Of a DNA stretch of 59,012 nt, positions 1 to 9,832 are shown piece after piece. How positions within the stretch are numbered: position 1 is the stretch's first letter; every line of letters starts with the position of its first letter. A program made the position numbers and the translations under genes. The notes below the pieces were generated by a model. That model searched no databases. It saw only the letters and a program-made list of their open reading frames with translations, and was not told the DNA's origin. This DNA is from Candidatus Moraniibacteriota bacterium (GTDB lineage Bacteria; Patescibacteriota; Minisyncoccia; Moranbacterales; UBA1568). The DNA lies in NCBI GenBank assembly GCA_903893925.1, contig CAITOC010000012.1, positions 1 through 59,012 on the forward strand, given 5' to 3'.

Positions 1-37
1 TCTGGAAGAACTCCCATTTTTGTTGTACGATGTTCAT
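1..37 (-). CDS. N-terminus of a gene running off the left edge (MNIVQQKWEFFQ...)
   Basis: ATG at 37 on minus strand, open to the window edge; too short to assign. Confidence 0.3.
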   Translation of the reverse strand, partial: MNIVQQKWEFFQ

Positions 38-155
38 AGGACAAGACTTTTGTGTTAGTTTTTGCGGGCGTGGTACCCCTATTCTAACAGAAGGTCTTGT
101 TTTTGTTTTGGGAAAGCCTTGGGAAGTGCAGGCACTTCAGTCGAAAAACATAGTC

Positions 156-183
156 GAAAAACAGCCATCTCAGGCTGTTTTTC
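156..183 (-). terminator. Intrinsic terminator-like hairpin downstream of lexA
   Basis: GAAAAACAGCC-N6-GGCTGTTTTTC perfect inverted repeat with A/T tails. Confidence 0.6.
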
Positions 184-378
184 TTATCAATAGTATCTCA
201 ACGTATTCTTTCACTTCCTCGTTCCCATACTTTTCACTTTTTAGTTTACACCTCCTCTTTATCCTTCTAAAACTAAGCTTTAGGACAGCACTCCTCCTAA
301 AGCCTAGTTTTAAACTTTCCTATTTTTCACCCCGTAAAATCGCAAGGAGCGATCACGGGGAATGCTTTACGTTTCCAG

Positions 379-1032
379 CTATCCATTCACGCGCAATACA
401 TCGATCACCTTGCCGTTGATCACGAAATTGTCCTCATCCGTAAGGAAGATCGGCCGGTGTTTCTTGTCCGATGATTCCGGCAGAAGAGCGATATTGCGGC
501 CATCGACCGAGCGGAACGTCTTGACCGTCGCCAGCCCATCGATAACCACGAGCACCTTGTCACCGTTATCATAGTGTTTCCATGTCGAATCGACGAGGAT
601 GAAATCCCCGTCCCGGATCGTCTTGCCATTCACCTTGGCACGGTTCATGGATGTCCCCGAAACCTGGATTGCGAACACATTGCGAGAATCACGTACGATA
701 CGCTTGGACACCTTGATATACCCCTCAACGAACTGGTCGGCGAACATCGTCGCGGCTCCCGCGTTCGCCATACCGAAGACCGGCACATCGAGGAATGATT
801 TGCCTGTCACCTCCTTGAGCCGGATACCACGATTCTCCGCGGTCCGTTCAATGAATCCCTTGCGCTCAAGCTCATTGAGATAGAGGAAAAAGCTCCGCAA
901 GCTCTTGAGCTTGAGTCCAAGCGTACCAGTTCGTTCCTGCAGTTCACGGACGGTCGGCATCTCCCCTTTCTCCGAAAAGAAATCCTTGATCGCCTGCAAG
1001 ACGATCTGTTGCTTGGGTGTGAGCAGTTCCAT
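379..1032 (-). CDS. lexA: LexA-family repressor (wHTH + S24 peptidase)
   Basis: MELLTPKQQ..MPTVREL N-terminal wHTH; Ala-Gly cleavage site (ANAG), catalytic Ser (GTSM) and Lys (TVK); start moved to ATG 1032. Confidence 0.9.
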   Translation of the reverse strand: MELLTPKQQIVLQAIKDFFSEKGEMPTVRELQERTGTLGLKLKSLRSFFLYLNELERKGFIERTAENRGIRLKEVTGKSFLDVPVFGMANAGAATMFADQFVEGYIKVSKRIVRDSRNVFAIQVSGTSMNRAKVNGKTIRDGDFILVDSTWKHYDNGDKVLVVIDGLATVKTFRSVDGRNIALLPESSDKKHRPIFLTDEDNFVINGKVIDVLRVNG

Positions 1033-1044
1033 ATATTTTCTGTT

Positions 1045-1091
1045 TACTTCTCTTACATAGAGAAGTATATAGCAATAAGAAAGCTTGTCAA
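1045..1091 (-). promoter_or_regulatory. lexA sigma70 promoter with overlapping palindrome (candidate operator)
   Basis: TTGACA (1091-1086)-N16-TATACT (1069-1064); palindrome TACTTCTCT-N5-AGAGAAGTA at 1045-1067. Confidence 0.65.
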
Positions 1092-1152
1092 ATATGGCTT
1101 TTATAAAGCATTTCTTATAAGATATTTTGCATCGATTGTTCGTTTTCACTTA

Positions 1153-1311
1153 GAGCCTATCCCAATAGGGTCTCCGTCACGAGCCGTATGAGCTTCGAGC
1201 GGAAAGGCGGGTAACCAGCGGAGCCCTATCTGTAGATAAGGCGACAAGGGGTACACGCGTTTACGCCGAAGATCATAGGCGCAGTAGGTATGTTCCTATT
1301 GGGATAGGCTC
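1153..1311. mobile_element. 159-bp MITE
   Basis: 17-bp perfect terminal inverted repeats GAGCCTATCCCAATAGG (1153-1169)/CCTATTGGGATAGGCTC (1295-1311), TTA direct repeat on both sides (1150-1152, 1312-1314), no ORF. Confidence 0.75.
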
Positions 1312-1405
1312 TTAACAGGCGACGAGGGTTTCCGCGACTGACATCGGGTTTCGACTATAAAAATACAGCCTCTGGATTATTTTCCAGAGGCTGTCGGGAA
1401 CGGGA

Positions 1406-2680
1406 TTATCCCGTTATCGCTTTGACCGTCACCGGCTCGTGTGAGAGAAGATAATTCCTCCATCGGAACACTCTCTCTACCGTAAGCTCATCAGCAATAC
1501 TTTCCCAGTAATGGTGTGTCTTCAGTTTTTCATCAATCGTGAAGACATCTGGCAAGCGTCTACAGGTCTTGACCGCATCAGAATATTTGCATTGCCTCAC
1601 CATCTGTCGACGACATTGTCTTTCATAGAGTCGTTTCGGATCAAGTTCCTTCAATACCTTGTAAAAGGTCTCCGTCACCTCATCGAAATGTGACCGTGGC
1701 GTATGAACGACCAAAGAAAAGGTCCAGTAATGACTGTTTTGAATCACTTCACAGAGACCCACTTCATAAGTCAGACCCCGACCAACCCTCAATGACTCAA
1801 TCAACGGTGAGAACATATCGCCAGCCAATGAGTCTGCTAGAAACCATTGCGCATCGTCATCATGATCTTCTATTCCCCCATCATCAAACCAAGATACAAT
1901 AACACTATCCCTCGCAAAATTCGGATCAAAAATAGTGATATTCTCTCCGGGTTTCCTGATCGGTCCAGTGATATTTATATTCACCGGTTTGCCACATCGA
2001 ATATCTCTAAAACAATCATCGAGTGTTTCTTGTACCTTTTCGATATCCAGTTCCGAAAATGCGCCACCACAAATGAGGCGGATATTCCCCGTATGACAGA
2101 AACGTAAATAGAAATCACGAAGTCGTTCAGCAGTTATGTCCCTTATGATTTCAGGTTTTCCAATAACTGGATGCCCTATCGGATGGCCTTGTCCGAACAG
2201 CTCACAATCCCATGCTCTACTGAGATGAAAGCCACCAGACGAAAAATATCTTTCATATTCCCGAATAATGACATCAGATGTCAACTTGACGGACTTGGTG
2301 TCGATCTCCGGCTCACGGAGCAATCTGGAGAGAGCTTCTGCGCAGCGATTAAATCCACTTTTGGGAGCCGTGATACCGAGCACCATTTCCGTCTTCGTAA
2401 CGTATGCTGAAAATTGTCCAGCCATGTTCCACAACTCACGTGCCAATGATTTTCCATTCAAGGAATCCATAAACACATGTTCCATAAAGTGCACTATTCC
2501 CTGCTCGTTCTGTCGCTCGACGCAACTGCCGATGAGCGGAAGGAATGCGATAAGAATTCCTTCGTCATCAGTCAATAATTGTGGCCTCTGGCAATAAACG
2601 CTTATCCCGTTCCTCAAGTTATGCTCCTCAAATATCGAGTTGTCATACCGTGAGCGCGTCCCAAAATATGGAGTGTCCAT
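1406..2680 (-). CDS. M16 family (insulinase-like) zinc peptidase
   Basis: Inverted zinc motif HFMEH, HPIGHPVIG and LRVGRGLTY motifs; terminator-like hairpin at ~1366-1394. Confidence 0.8.
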   Translation of the reverse strand: MDTPYFGTRSRYDNSIFEEHNLRNGISVYCQRPQLLTDDEGILIAFLPLIGSCVERQNEQGIVHFMEHVFMDSLNGKSLARELWNMAGQFSAYVTKTEMVLGITAPKSGFNRCAEALSRLLREPEIDTKSVKLTSDVIIREYERYFSSGGFHLSRAWDCELFGQGHPIGHPVIGKPEIIRDITAERLRDFYLRFCHTGNIRLICGGAFSELDIEKVQETLDDCFRDIRCGKPVNINITGPIRKPGENITIFDPNFARDSVIVSWFDDGGIEDHDDDAQWFLADSLAGDMFSPLIESLRVGRGLTYEVGLCEVIQNSHYWTFSLVVHTPRSHFDEVTETFYKVLKELDPKRLYERQCRRQMVRQCKYSDAVKTCRRLPDVFTIDEKLKTHHYWESIADELTVERVFRWRNYLLSHEPVTVKAITG

Positions 2681-2898
2681 GATGACTCTAGTTTTTGATT
2701 GTGAAAAAACTCTTGTCCATACCGAAAATTCTCGGACCAATAAGGCTACCACGTGCCATCGATACCGTCAATGGTCCAGATCGAAGTCATTCATACCGTG
2801 AGCTTTTAAAAAAGATGTCGTCGCAATCCGTCTGGCATTGGTATGCAAAAAAAAACGGCGACGCCATAAGGAATCGCCGTTTCGATATCGGTTCGGGT

Positions 2899-4179
2899 TT
2901 ACCGGCGACCGCGGCCGAAACTGCGGACATTCGGTCGGGCGACGGCACCAAGCCCCTCCTCGATGAAGGTGAGTGCGTTCCCCGTCTTCGTCCCGCGACC
3001 GGTACGTCCGATACGGTGGATATAATCCTCGTAGTTTTCCGGCAGGTCATAGTTGATGACATGGGACACATCCGGGATGTCGAGGCCACGAGCCGCGACA
3101 TCGGTCGCGACAAGTATCTGCAGTTCATCCTGGCTGAACCGGCGAAGTGCCCGTTCGCGCTGGCTCTGTGACTTGTCACCGTGGATCGAGTCCGAACGGA
3201 ACCCGTTTTTGACGAGTGCGGCCGAGAGGCTCTCGACACTGCGCTTGGTCTTGCGGAAGATGAGTACCTTCTTGAAATCCGGCTTCAAGAGGAGGTCGTG
3301 CAAGATATCGAGCTTCTGGTCCGAATTCTTGACCGTGATAACGTTCTGTTCGACGTTCTCCGAGGTCGCCCGGCTCTTCACCTCGACGGTGATCGGGTTC
3401 TTGAGAAATTTCTGTGCGAGGTCGCCGATCTCCTTCGGCATCGTCGCCGAAAAGAACAGCGTCTGCCGTTCTTCCTTCAGCATGCCGAGGAGCTCCTTGA
3501 TATCCTTGACGAAGCCCATGTCGAGCATACGGTCAGCCTCGTCGAGGACGACATTATTGAACGACGAAAGATCAAGCACTCTTCGTGAAATGAGGTCTTT
3601 GAGTCGTCCCGGCGTACCGATGACGAACTCCGGGTTTTTGGAAACAGCCGCGATCTGACGCGGAAATCCGGTTCCACCGATGACGATCGCCGATCGGAGA
3701 CCGAGCCCGCGTGAAAAATCGCGGAACTCCGATTCGATCTGAAGTGCGAGCTCGCGCGTCGGCGTGACGATAAGTGTCCGTTCGCCACGCTTACGGAACG
3801 CCTTGTCGATGAGTGGGAGGAGGAACGCGACGGTCTTGCCGGTTCCGGTATTCGCGATACCGATGATGTCGCGTCCTTCGAGCGCATACGGGATGGCTCC
3901 ATCCTGGATCGGCGTCGGATTCACATACCCCTTGGTATAGACGTTTCGCTTGAGGCTGTCATGCATCTTGAAATCCGCAAAACGATGTTTCGGATCGAAC
4001 GGTTCGGAATCCGTGGTTACGATCGCCTTTTTCACGAACCGCGTGATGTCGAGCAGCCGCGGATCGACTTGTTTCCTTCTGCCGCCGCCCCCGCCACGTC
4101 CAGCCGGACGACCGGCACCATACGGACGACCCGACCCCGCCTTCGAGATCAGACGTCTTTCCATACTCTTTCTCTGCAT
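2899..4179 (-). CDS. DEAD-box RNA helicase
   Basis: Q motif PTPIQ, ANTGTGKT, PTRELA, DEAD, SAT, ARGLD, HRIGRTGR. Confidence 0.95.
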   Translation of the reverse strand: MQRKSMERRLISKAGSGRPYGAGRPAGRGGGGGRRKQVDPRLLDITRFVKKAIVTTDSEPFDPKHRFADFKMHDSLKRNVYTKGYVNPTPIQDGAIPYALEGRDIIGIANTGTGKTVAFLLPLIDKAFRKRGERTLIVTPTRELALQIESEFRDFSRGLGLRSAIVIGGTGFPRQIAAVSKNPEFVIGTPGRLKDLISRRVLDLSSFNNVVLDEADRMLDMGFVKDIKELLGMLKEERQTLFFSATMPKEIGDLAQKFLKNPITVEVKSRATSENVEQNVITVKNSDQKLDILHDLLLKPDFKKVLIFRKTKRSVESLSAALVKNGFRSDSIHGDKSQSQRERALRRFSQDELQILVATDVAARGLDIPDVSHVINYDLPENYEDYIHRIGRTGRGTKTGNALTFIEEGLGAVARPNVRSFGRGRR

Positions 4180-4380
4180 ACTGTAATTTCTTCAGGGATA
4201 GACCCTATGACTTATATCGGCACAAGATATGCCGGTTTCCCACCTGGAAAGTCACATGGGATATATCCCTGAAACTGTCGAAGTCGGAAGTACATAATGA
4301 TAACACGGATGGTATTCCACGTCAAGAAAAACGGAAAAGACAGCCTTTTCAGACTGTCTTTTCGCCGAAAACCGGCCTCT

Positions 4381-4587
4381 CTACTCCTTTCGGAGCTTCG
4401 GGGACACGACTGCGACATAGACGGCGGAAGCGCCGACGAGGACGTAGACGATCCGTGAAAGTGCCGACAGGTTCCCGAAAATCAAGGCGACGAGGTCTAC
4501 CTTGAAGAGTCCGACCAAGGCCCAGTTCAGTCCTCCTACGATCAGGAGGATCACTGCGACCCAGTCCAGTGTTGAAAGTTTGTTCAT
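4381..4587 (-). CDS. DUF378 family small membrane protein
   Basis: LLIVGGLNWALVGLFKVDLV..IFG..SRIVYVLVG signature; RBS GGAGG before ATG 4587. Confidence 0.85.
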   Translation of the reverse strand: MNKLSTLDWVAVILLIVGGLNWALVGLFKVDLVALIFGNLSALSRIVYVLVGASAVYVAVVSPKLRKE

Positions 4588-4694
4588 ACGAACACCTCCT
4601 CTCCCCTTGGAATATACCTCCCTGTTACGGCCTGAGTATAGCACGTTCCAGTATGTTATGAAAGTAAAAAACCGGATAGTGTCAACTATCCGGC

Positions 4695-5519
4695 TCATGG
4701 AACCTTCGGGAACAGTGTGCCGAGGTATGCAAGCGTCTCGCTGACCGCTTTCATATCACCCTGGCGAAGCTTTTTGAGAAAAACAAGCGTTGCCTTGACT
4801 TCATCAGACACTTTTGGAACCGTTTTCCGATTTTTTGATCGACGTTTCCTGGTCTCTTTCTGTATAGTCGCTATCGCTATATCGAGTATCGACCCGACAC
4901 CATCGACAGGCACATGAGAAATCACTGCATTCCGCATCGGTTTGCGGGACTCAGGTGACTTCTTCGGCTTCGAGGCAATGGGATTCCGTTTCCGTTTCTG
5001 TAAACCAGGCGTTTTGGTGAGCGATATCGGAACATGAACCACCTTCTCCAAAAGAATCGGGTTGATCGGTTTTGCCATGAATGACCGATTCTTATCGATA
5101 CCCGATCGGGAGGAACTGGATCCTTCCTGACGCTCAATCAAATCAGACGCCGAGCTATTGGGACTACTGGAATCCTGCCCGGTTCTTTTCCTTAATTCCA
5201 CAATCGATATGGAAATCGACTCGAATTCCGATGGGTCGGCTACGATTTCCGCGAAGATGGAATTTTCGTAATCCGTACCCGCCCCACATTGGGCATCGTT
5301 GATAAACCGCGCCACTTCATCTACCGTGCAGGAAATGAAATGATCCGCCATCTTCGGGTACAAGATAATGGCTCCTGTCTTCAATTGCAATCCGAAAAAA
5401 TCTCCGCTCTCCTCCTGCCAACAGAACACCGAGGCTGGCAACGGAGTCGCTTTCTCTCCTGTTCTTGTTTCCGGCCAAAACCGGAAAAGCGCTATTCTGG
5501 ACTTCTTTTGTCCGTCCAT
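4695..5519 (-). CDS. Hypothetical protein (ORFan, basic C-terminal half)
   Basis: 274-aa ORF with strong RBS AGGAGGT upstream; no recognisable motif. Confidence 0.5.
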   Translation of the reverse strand: MDGQKKSRIALFRFWPETRTGEKATPLPASVFCWQEESGDFFGLQLKTGAIILYPKMADHFISCTVDEVARFINDAQCGAGTDYENSIFAEIVADPSEFESISISIVELRKRTGQDSSSPNSSASDLIERQEGSSSSRSGIDKNRSFMAKPINPILLEKVVHVPISLTKTPGLQKRKRNPIASKPKKSPESRKPMRNAVISHVPVDGVGSILDIAIATIQKETRKRRSKNRKTVPKVSDEVKATLVFLKKLRQGDMKAVSETLAYLGTLFPKVP

Positions 5520-5613
5520 ATCCCACCTCCTGGTTTTTTTCGTTAAAGGACCGTTCTCTCTGATTCAAAGAAAGCAGGAAACTGACCGCCTGTCAATGAT
5601 GCCGGGGACCAAT

Positions 5614-7725
5614 TTATCGTCCGTTCAAAAGGGTCAACACGTATGTCTCGCCATCGGTAAAGAACGGGTCGCCGGAGAAGTTCTGACCGAGTACCGGATC
5701 GACGAAGCGAATCTTGTCCGACGAGGCGACGGTTCCCGCCGCGGAAAGATCTCCGAACAGCGTGTCGCGTTCAGTATCGATGTCCGGCGCGATCCGGTGC
5801 GTGACGAGCCATTTGATGCCCACGTCGAGACTCGCCGTCCCCACATAGACGGTGCTTCCATCCTCCGTCCGGATCGATGTCTTCCAAAACCGCGCATGAT
5901 GACGGGTCCGGACATTCCCATCGCCGGTCTGCTTCTGAAATCCGAAATCGTGCACGTGCGTATTCCAAAACGACGGTGTCATAGGGGCGCGCGGATAACT
6001 CGCCTTCGTGATCGATGCCTCCGCGAGCGTCGTCATATTGGCGATCGTCACCGGATCGGACAACTTCCATCCGGCAGACTCCATCGCGGCGACAAACAAA
6101 TCATCGTCATGTGCCACGATGATGAAACTCATCGGCTCCTGATGTGTCCCGGAAAACGTCTCGGAATAGTGCGGGAGGCCAAGTCGTCCGAAGGCTCCAA
6201 TGATATCATTTGAAACTTCCGTCTTCACCGTCCGGTCGACCGCCAGACGCGCCGGCTCATAGCGAAACCCCTGGAAGACATACCATGCCACAGGAATACA
6301 GAACGTCAGGGCGGTCATCGATCGGAGACGACGCATGGACCAAGGATGTGCAGTGGCCGTCACCTTGCGTTTCCGATGTTTCAACTCAACAAGGCTGACT
6401 CCGATGATGAGCCAGAGTGCCCCGAGCAGGTACCCACCCCAGACATCGCTCAAAAAGTGCACACCGAGATACAGTCGAGAAAGACCGACCACGGCGATCA
6501 CAGCAAGCGCCGAAAACAGTACGAGCGTCCGATACCGCTTCCGTCTCACGCTCCGTAAGAGGACATACGCCATAAAGCCGTAGAGTGCGACCGAGAGTGC
6601 CGCGTGTCCGCTTGGGAACGAGAACGATGGTTCGAGATAGTATGCGATTAACGGCCGTGGTCGAAGGATGATCCTCTTGCCGAGCGAAGCGAATAACTGG
6701 CTTCCGGCAAGGGTGACCAGAAATGGCAGTACAAAAGACCGGCGTTTCCACAAGGCGAGGACCGCCACAAACGCAATCGACAGGACGATAACGACATCTT
6801 GCCGCGCGAGGAGCGTGATCCACAAAAACGCACGAATGAATCCCGTATCCCGGAAAGCAAACATGAGATTGGCGACGCGCGCATCGACGAAGACGATAGG
6901 TTCGGCCGTGATGACGCCTTCGACGACGCCGGATAGGAGGAATATCAGCGCGACAGCCGCGACGGACAACAGCGTAAGCGGTAATCCGAAGAAATGTTTC
7001 CGATCGAAACGCCGTTTCGTGAATGCGACCGATTTCGGATATCGCTCGAAAAGCCGTTTCATGTCGGGATTATCCCCGATAGCGACGGCGATTGAACGGA
7101 GAAGAGACCGACACACCCTACCGAATGGACGAAGCCTTTTGACAATGAACCAGAGCACGACGAGCAGGAACACCGATACGAGGAGGAAGACCGACGCCCG
7201 AGTAAACCAGGTCTCGATCATTGTCGTAGCTCCTCCGAAAAAATAGCCCAAGGTCAAATGCGACCATGCCCACAGAAGGGAAGCGACCACATCCCACAAG
7301 AGGAATCGCGACCATCCCATATGAGACAGTCCTGCCACGAACGGGATGACCGGACGCAGAGGACCAACGAACCGTCCGAGGAAGATACTCTTCTCCCCGT
7401 GTGACCGGAAGAACGCCTTACCTTTTTCCTGATAGGACGGACGAAGAAACCGGTTTCCTTCCCGAAACAGGTTCTTGCCACGAAGACCGAGCTTATATCC
7501 GATGACGTCGCCAAGGATCGCGCCGATCGCGACGAACCACACCAGGGTCCTGAAATGAAACAATCCCTGCGACGCAAAGAACCCGAACAGGATGACCAGC
7601 ATCGTCCCCGGAAACATAAGCCCGACAAACGGCAAGGATTCCACAAATGAGAGACCGAATGCGATCCAATACCCGAAAACACCGACATGACCGATTGAAG
7701 GAAGGAATGAAGAGAAGAAATGCAT
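5614..7725 (-). CDS. DedA/PAP2 phosphatase/LssY C-terminal domain membrane protein
   Basis: DedA N-terminus (FPG, GRFVGPLR), PAP2 motifs RPRP, SFPSGH, SRLYLGVHFLSDV, LssY-like RHHARFW..THRIAPDIDTER. Confidence 0.9.
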   Translation of the reverse strand: MHFFSSFLPSIGHVGVFGYWIAFGLSFVESLPFVGLMFPGTMLVILFGFFASQGLFHFRTLVWFVAIGAILGDVIGYKLGLRGKNLFREGNRFLRPSYQEKGKAFFRSHGEKSIFLGRFVGPLRPVIPFVAGLSHMGWSRFLLWDVVASLLWAWSHLTLGYFFGGATTMIETWFTRASVFLLVSVFLLVVLWFIVKRLRPFGRVCRSLLRSIAVAIGDNPDMKRLFERYPKSVAFTKRRFDRKHFFGLPLTLLSVAAVALIFLLSGVVEGVITAEPIVFVDARVANLMFAFRDTGFIRAFLWITLLARQDVVIVLSIAFVAVLALWKRRSFVLPFLVTLAGSQLFASLGKRIILRPRPLIAYYLEPSFSFPSGHAALSVALYGFMAYVLLRSVRRKRYRTLVLFSALAVIAVVGLSRLYLGVHFLSDVWGGYLLGALWLIIGVSLVELKHRKRKVTATAHPWSMRRLRSMTALTFCIPVAWYVFQGFRYEPARLAVDRTVKTEVSNDIIGAFGRLGLPHYSETFSGTHQEPMSFIIVAHDDDLFVAAMESAGWKLSDPVTIANMTTLAEASITKASYPRAPMTPSFWNTHVHDFGFQKQTGDGNVRTRHHARFWKTSIRTEDGSTVYVGTASLDVGIKWLVTHRIAPDIDTERDTLFGDLSAAGTVASSDKIRFVDPVLGQNFSGDPFFTDGETYVLTLLNGR

Positions 7726-7861
7726 ACGATGCGTTCGTGATTGAAAAATCGGACATTTCACCTACCAAGACAGTCTCACGTATTCCGGGGAATCACGCAA
7801 GCAGTCCGGGGACTTTCGACTTGATGCCTTTATGACTTTATAGACTTTCGACTTTATCTCT

Positions 7862-9739
7862 TCATTTCCGAAACCGCTCTCCCAAAAGTCGCATCGAGTT
7901 TGCAAGCGGGAGGAAGTCGGTAAGGAAATTGTATGCCGCAGCACCTTCCGGTCCGATCAGTCGTCCGAAGACAAGCGCGAGTCCGATCACATTCACCGTC
8001 CCCCAGATGATGAAATCCTGACGCGCTATCTTCGCCACGTCGTGACCGATCCCGATCGCCTCGGGAATCTTGGAGAAGTCATCTTGCATGAGCGCCACGT
8101 CCGCCGCCTCGATAGCCGCATCCGATCCGATGACGCCCATCGCGATACCGACATCGGCAAGCGTGAGCGCCGCCGCATCGTTCACGCCGTCACCGACCAT
8201 CGCGACCTTGCCATGATCTCGGGCGATATACGCCTTCAGGTGCTCCAACTTGTCCTCAGGGAGAAGGTTCGCATGATAAACATTGATACCGACGGCGTGC
8301 GCCACGCTTTTTGCCACCTTCTCGTTGTCACCGGTCAGCATCACGATATCCCGGACACCGAGCTCCCGCAGCCTCGCGATCGACGCCTTCGCTTCGGGAC
8401 GAATCTCGTCTTGCAAAATAATCGCTCCGACGAGCCGTCCATCATACGAGACCGGCAAGACGCTTCCTATGCCGTCTTTGGCGACTGCGACGATCCGTTG
8501 CTGTTCGACATCGGAAATACTGACTCCCTCCGCCACGAGAAACGGGAGTTTGCCACAAACGATACGCTTCCCTTGAAAAGTCGCATACGTCCCCTTCCCG
8601 GATTGTTCTCCCACATCGGATATCCCGCCAGGAGCGATGTTCTGTTCCTTCGCATATCGCATGACCGCACGCGCCACCGGATGAGTGGAGACGGCACTCG
8701 AACCGGCGGCAAGCGCGATGATATCGTGCTCCGTCCGTCCGTCGAATACCGCTACCTCGACGACACGGAGCTTGCCACGGGTGAGTGTGCCGGTCTTGTC
8801 GACGATCACCGTCCGGACCTGCGTAAGTCCTTCAAGGAACGATCCGCCCTTCACGATGATTCCCTCCTTGGCGGCATTACCGATCGCCACGAGAAATGCC
8901 ATCGGGAGCGCGACCGCGATATCGTCGGCGCAGGTAACGAGAAGCACGGACAAGACGAGATTGAGGTCGCGCGTGAACGCATAGAGAAGAGCCGTTCCGA
9001 CAAACGAAACGGCGATATACCATCCGGCGAACCGATCCGCCACAGTCTGCACGCCAGCTTTCCGATCCTGCGATTCCTCGACGAGACGGATGACCTTCTC
9101 AAACGAAGTGTCCTTGCCGACCTTCTCGGCACGCACGACGAACGATCCGGACACCGCCAAAGTCGAACTCAACATCATATCGCCGACACGCTTGTCGACC
9201 GGGAGCGATTCCCCTGTCAAAGACGACTGGTCCACCTGTCCCTCACCCTCGATGACCACTCCGTCGATCGGGATCCGTTCCCCATCGCCGATGACGATCA
9301 GATCATCCTTTCGTACCGCCGAGACCGATTCCTCGACGACAAGATCGCCACGCTTGACCCGAACCGTCTCGGGCCGGAGCTTCATCAGACTTCGGATAGC
9401 ATTGCTCGCACGGTTCTCGGTATATGCGTCGAAGATGCGTGCCGAAGCAAGCATAAGCCCGATAAACGCTGCCGACGCCCATTCACGATTAAGAAGTGAC
9501 ACGACGAGCGCCACGCTTGCGAGTAAATCGACCGTGATCCGCTTCTCGCGCAGTGCTACGATCGCACTCCGAAGCACGGGCACCGTCGCGATGCCTGCGA
9601 GGACGCCAAGAACGAGGTCCCCGGTCGAAGAGGAGACGATGTGGAGATAGTGCGAAACGAGTGCGAGTGCGAGCACGGCAAAAAGCGGTTTGTCGAAACC
9701 GACGGACCGAACCCGTTTCAAAAAAGACCCTGTTTCCAT
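7862..9739 (-). CDS. P1B-type (heavy-metal) P-type ATPase with atypical TM motif
   Basis: TGES, DKTGT, HP, TGDN, GDGVND; TCADD where CPC is expected. Confidence 0.9.
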   Translation of the reverse strand: METGSFLKRVRSVGFDKPLFAVLALALVSHYLHIVSSSTGDLVLGVLAGIATVPVLRSAIVALREKRITVDLLASVALVVSLLNREWASAAFIGLMLASARIFDAYTENRASNAIRSLMKLRPETVRVKRGDLVVEESVSAVRKDDLIVIGDGERIPIDGVVIEGEGQVDQSSLTGESLPVDKRVGDMMLSSTLAVSGSFVVRAEKVGKDTSFEKVIRLVEESQDRKAGVQTVADRFAGWYIAVSFVGTALLYAFTRDLNLVLSVLLVTCADDIAVALPMAFLVAIGNAAKEGIIVKGGSFLEGLTQVRTVIVDKTGTLTRGKLRVVEVAVFDGRTEHDIIALAAGSSAVSTHPVARAVMRYAKEQNIAPGGISDVGEQSGKGTYATFQGKRIVCGKLPFLVAEGVSISDVEQQRIVAVAKDGIGSVLPVSYDGRLVGAIILQDEIRPEAKASIARLRELGVRDIVMLTGDNEKVAKSVAHAVGINVYHANLLPEDKLEHLKAYIARDHGKVAMVGDGVNDAAALTLADVGIAMGVIGSDAAIEAADVALMQDDFSKIPEAIGIGHDVAKIARQDFIIWGTVNVIGLALVFGRLIGPEGAAAYNFLTDFLPLANSMRLLGERFRK

Positions 9740-9832
9740 GCCCTCAGTATAGTACAAAATCGCCGATTCGTCCCACTTGACAACGCCGACAAAAGACTGT
9801 TCTCCAACCCGACGGAAGCCTATACTGAAAGC

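Noticed and set aside
8042..9499. Long antisense ORFs (also 36235-37662, 48955-50163, 50371-51228, 35373-36188)
   Set aside because: Shadow frames of well-supported GC-rich genes on the opposite strand
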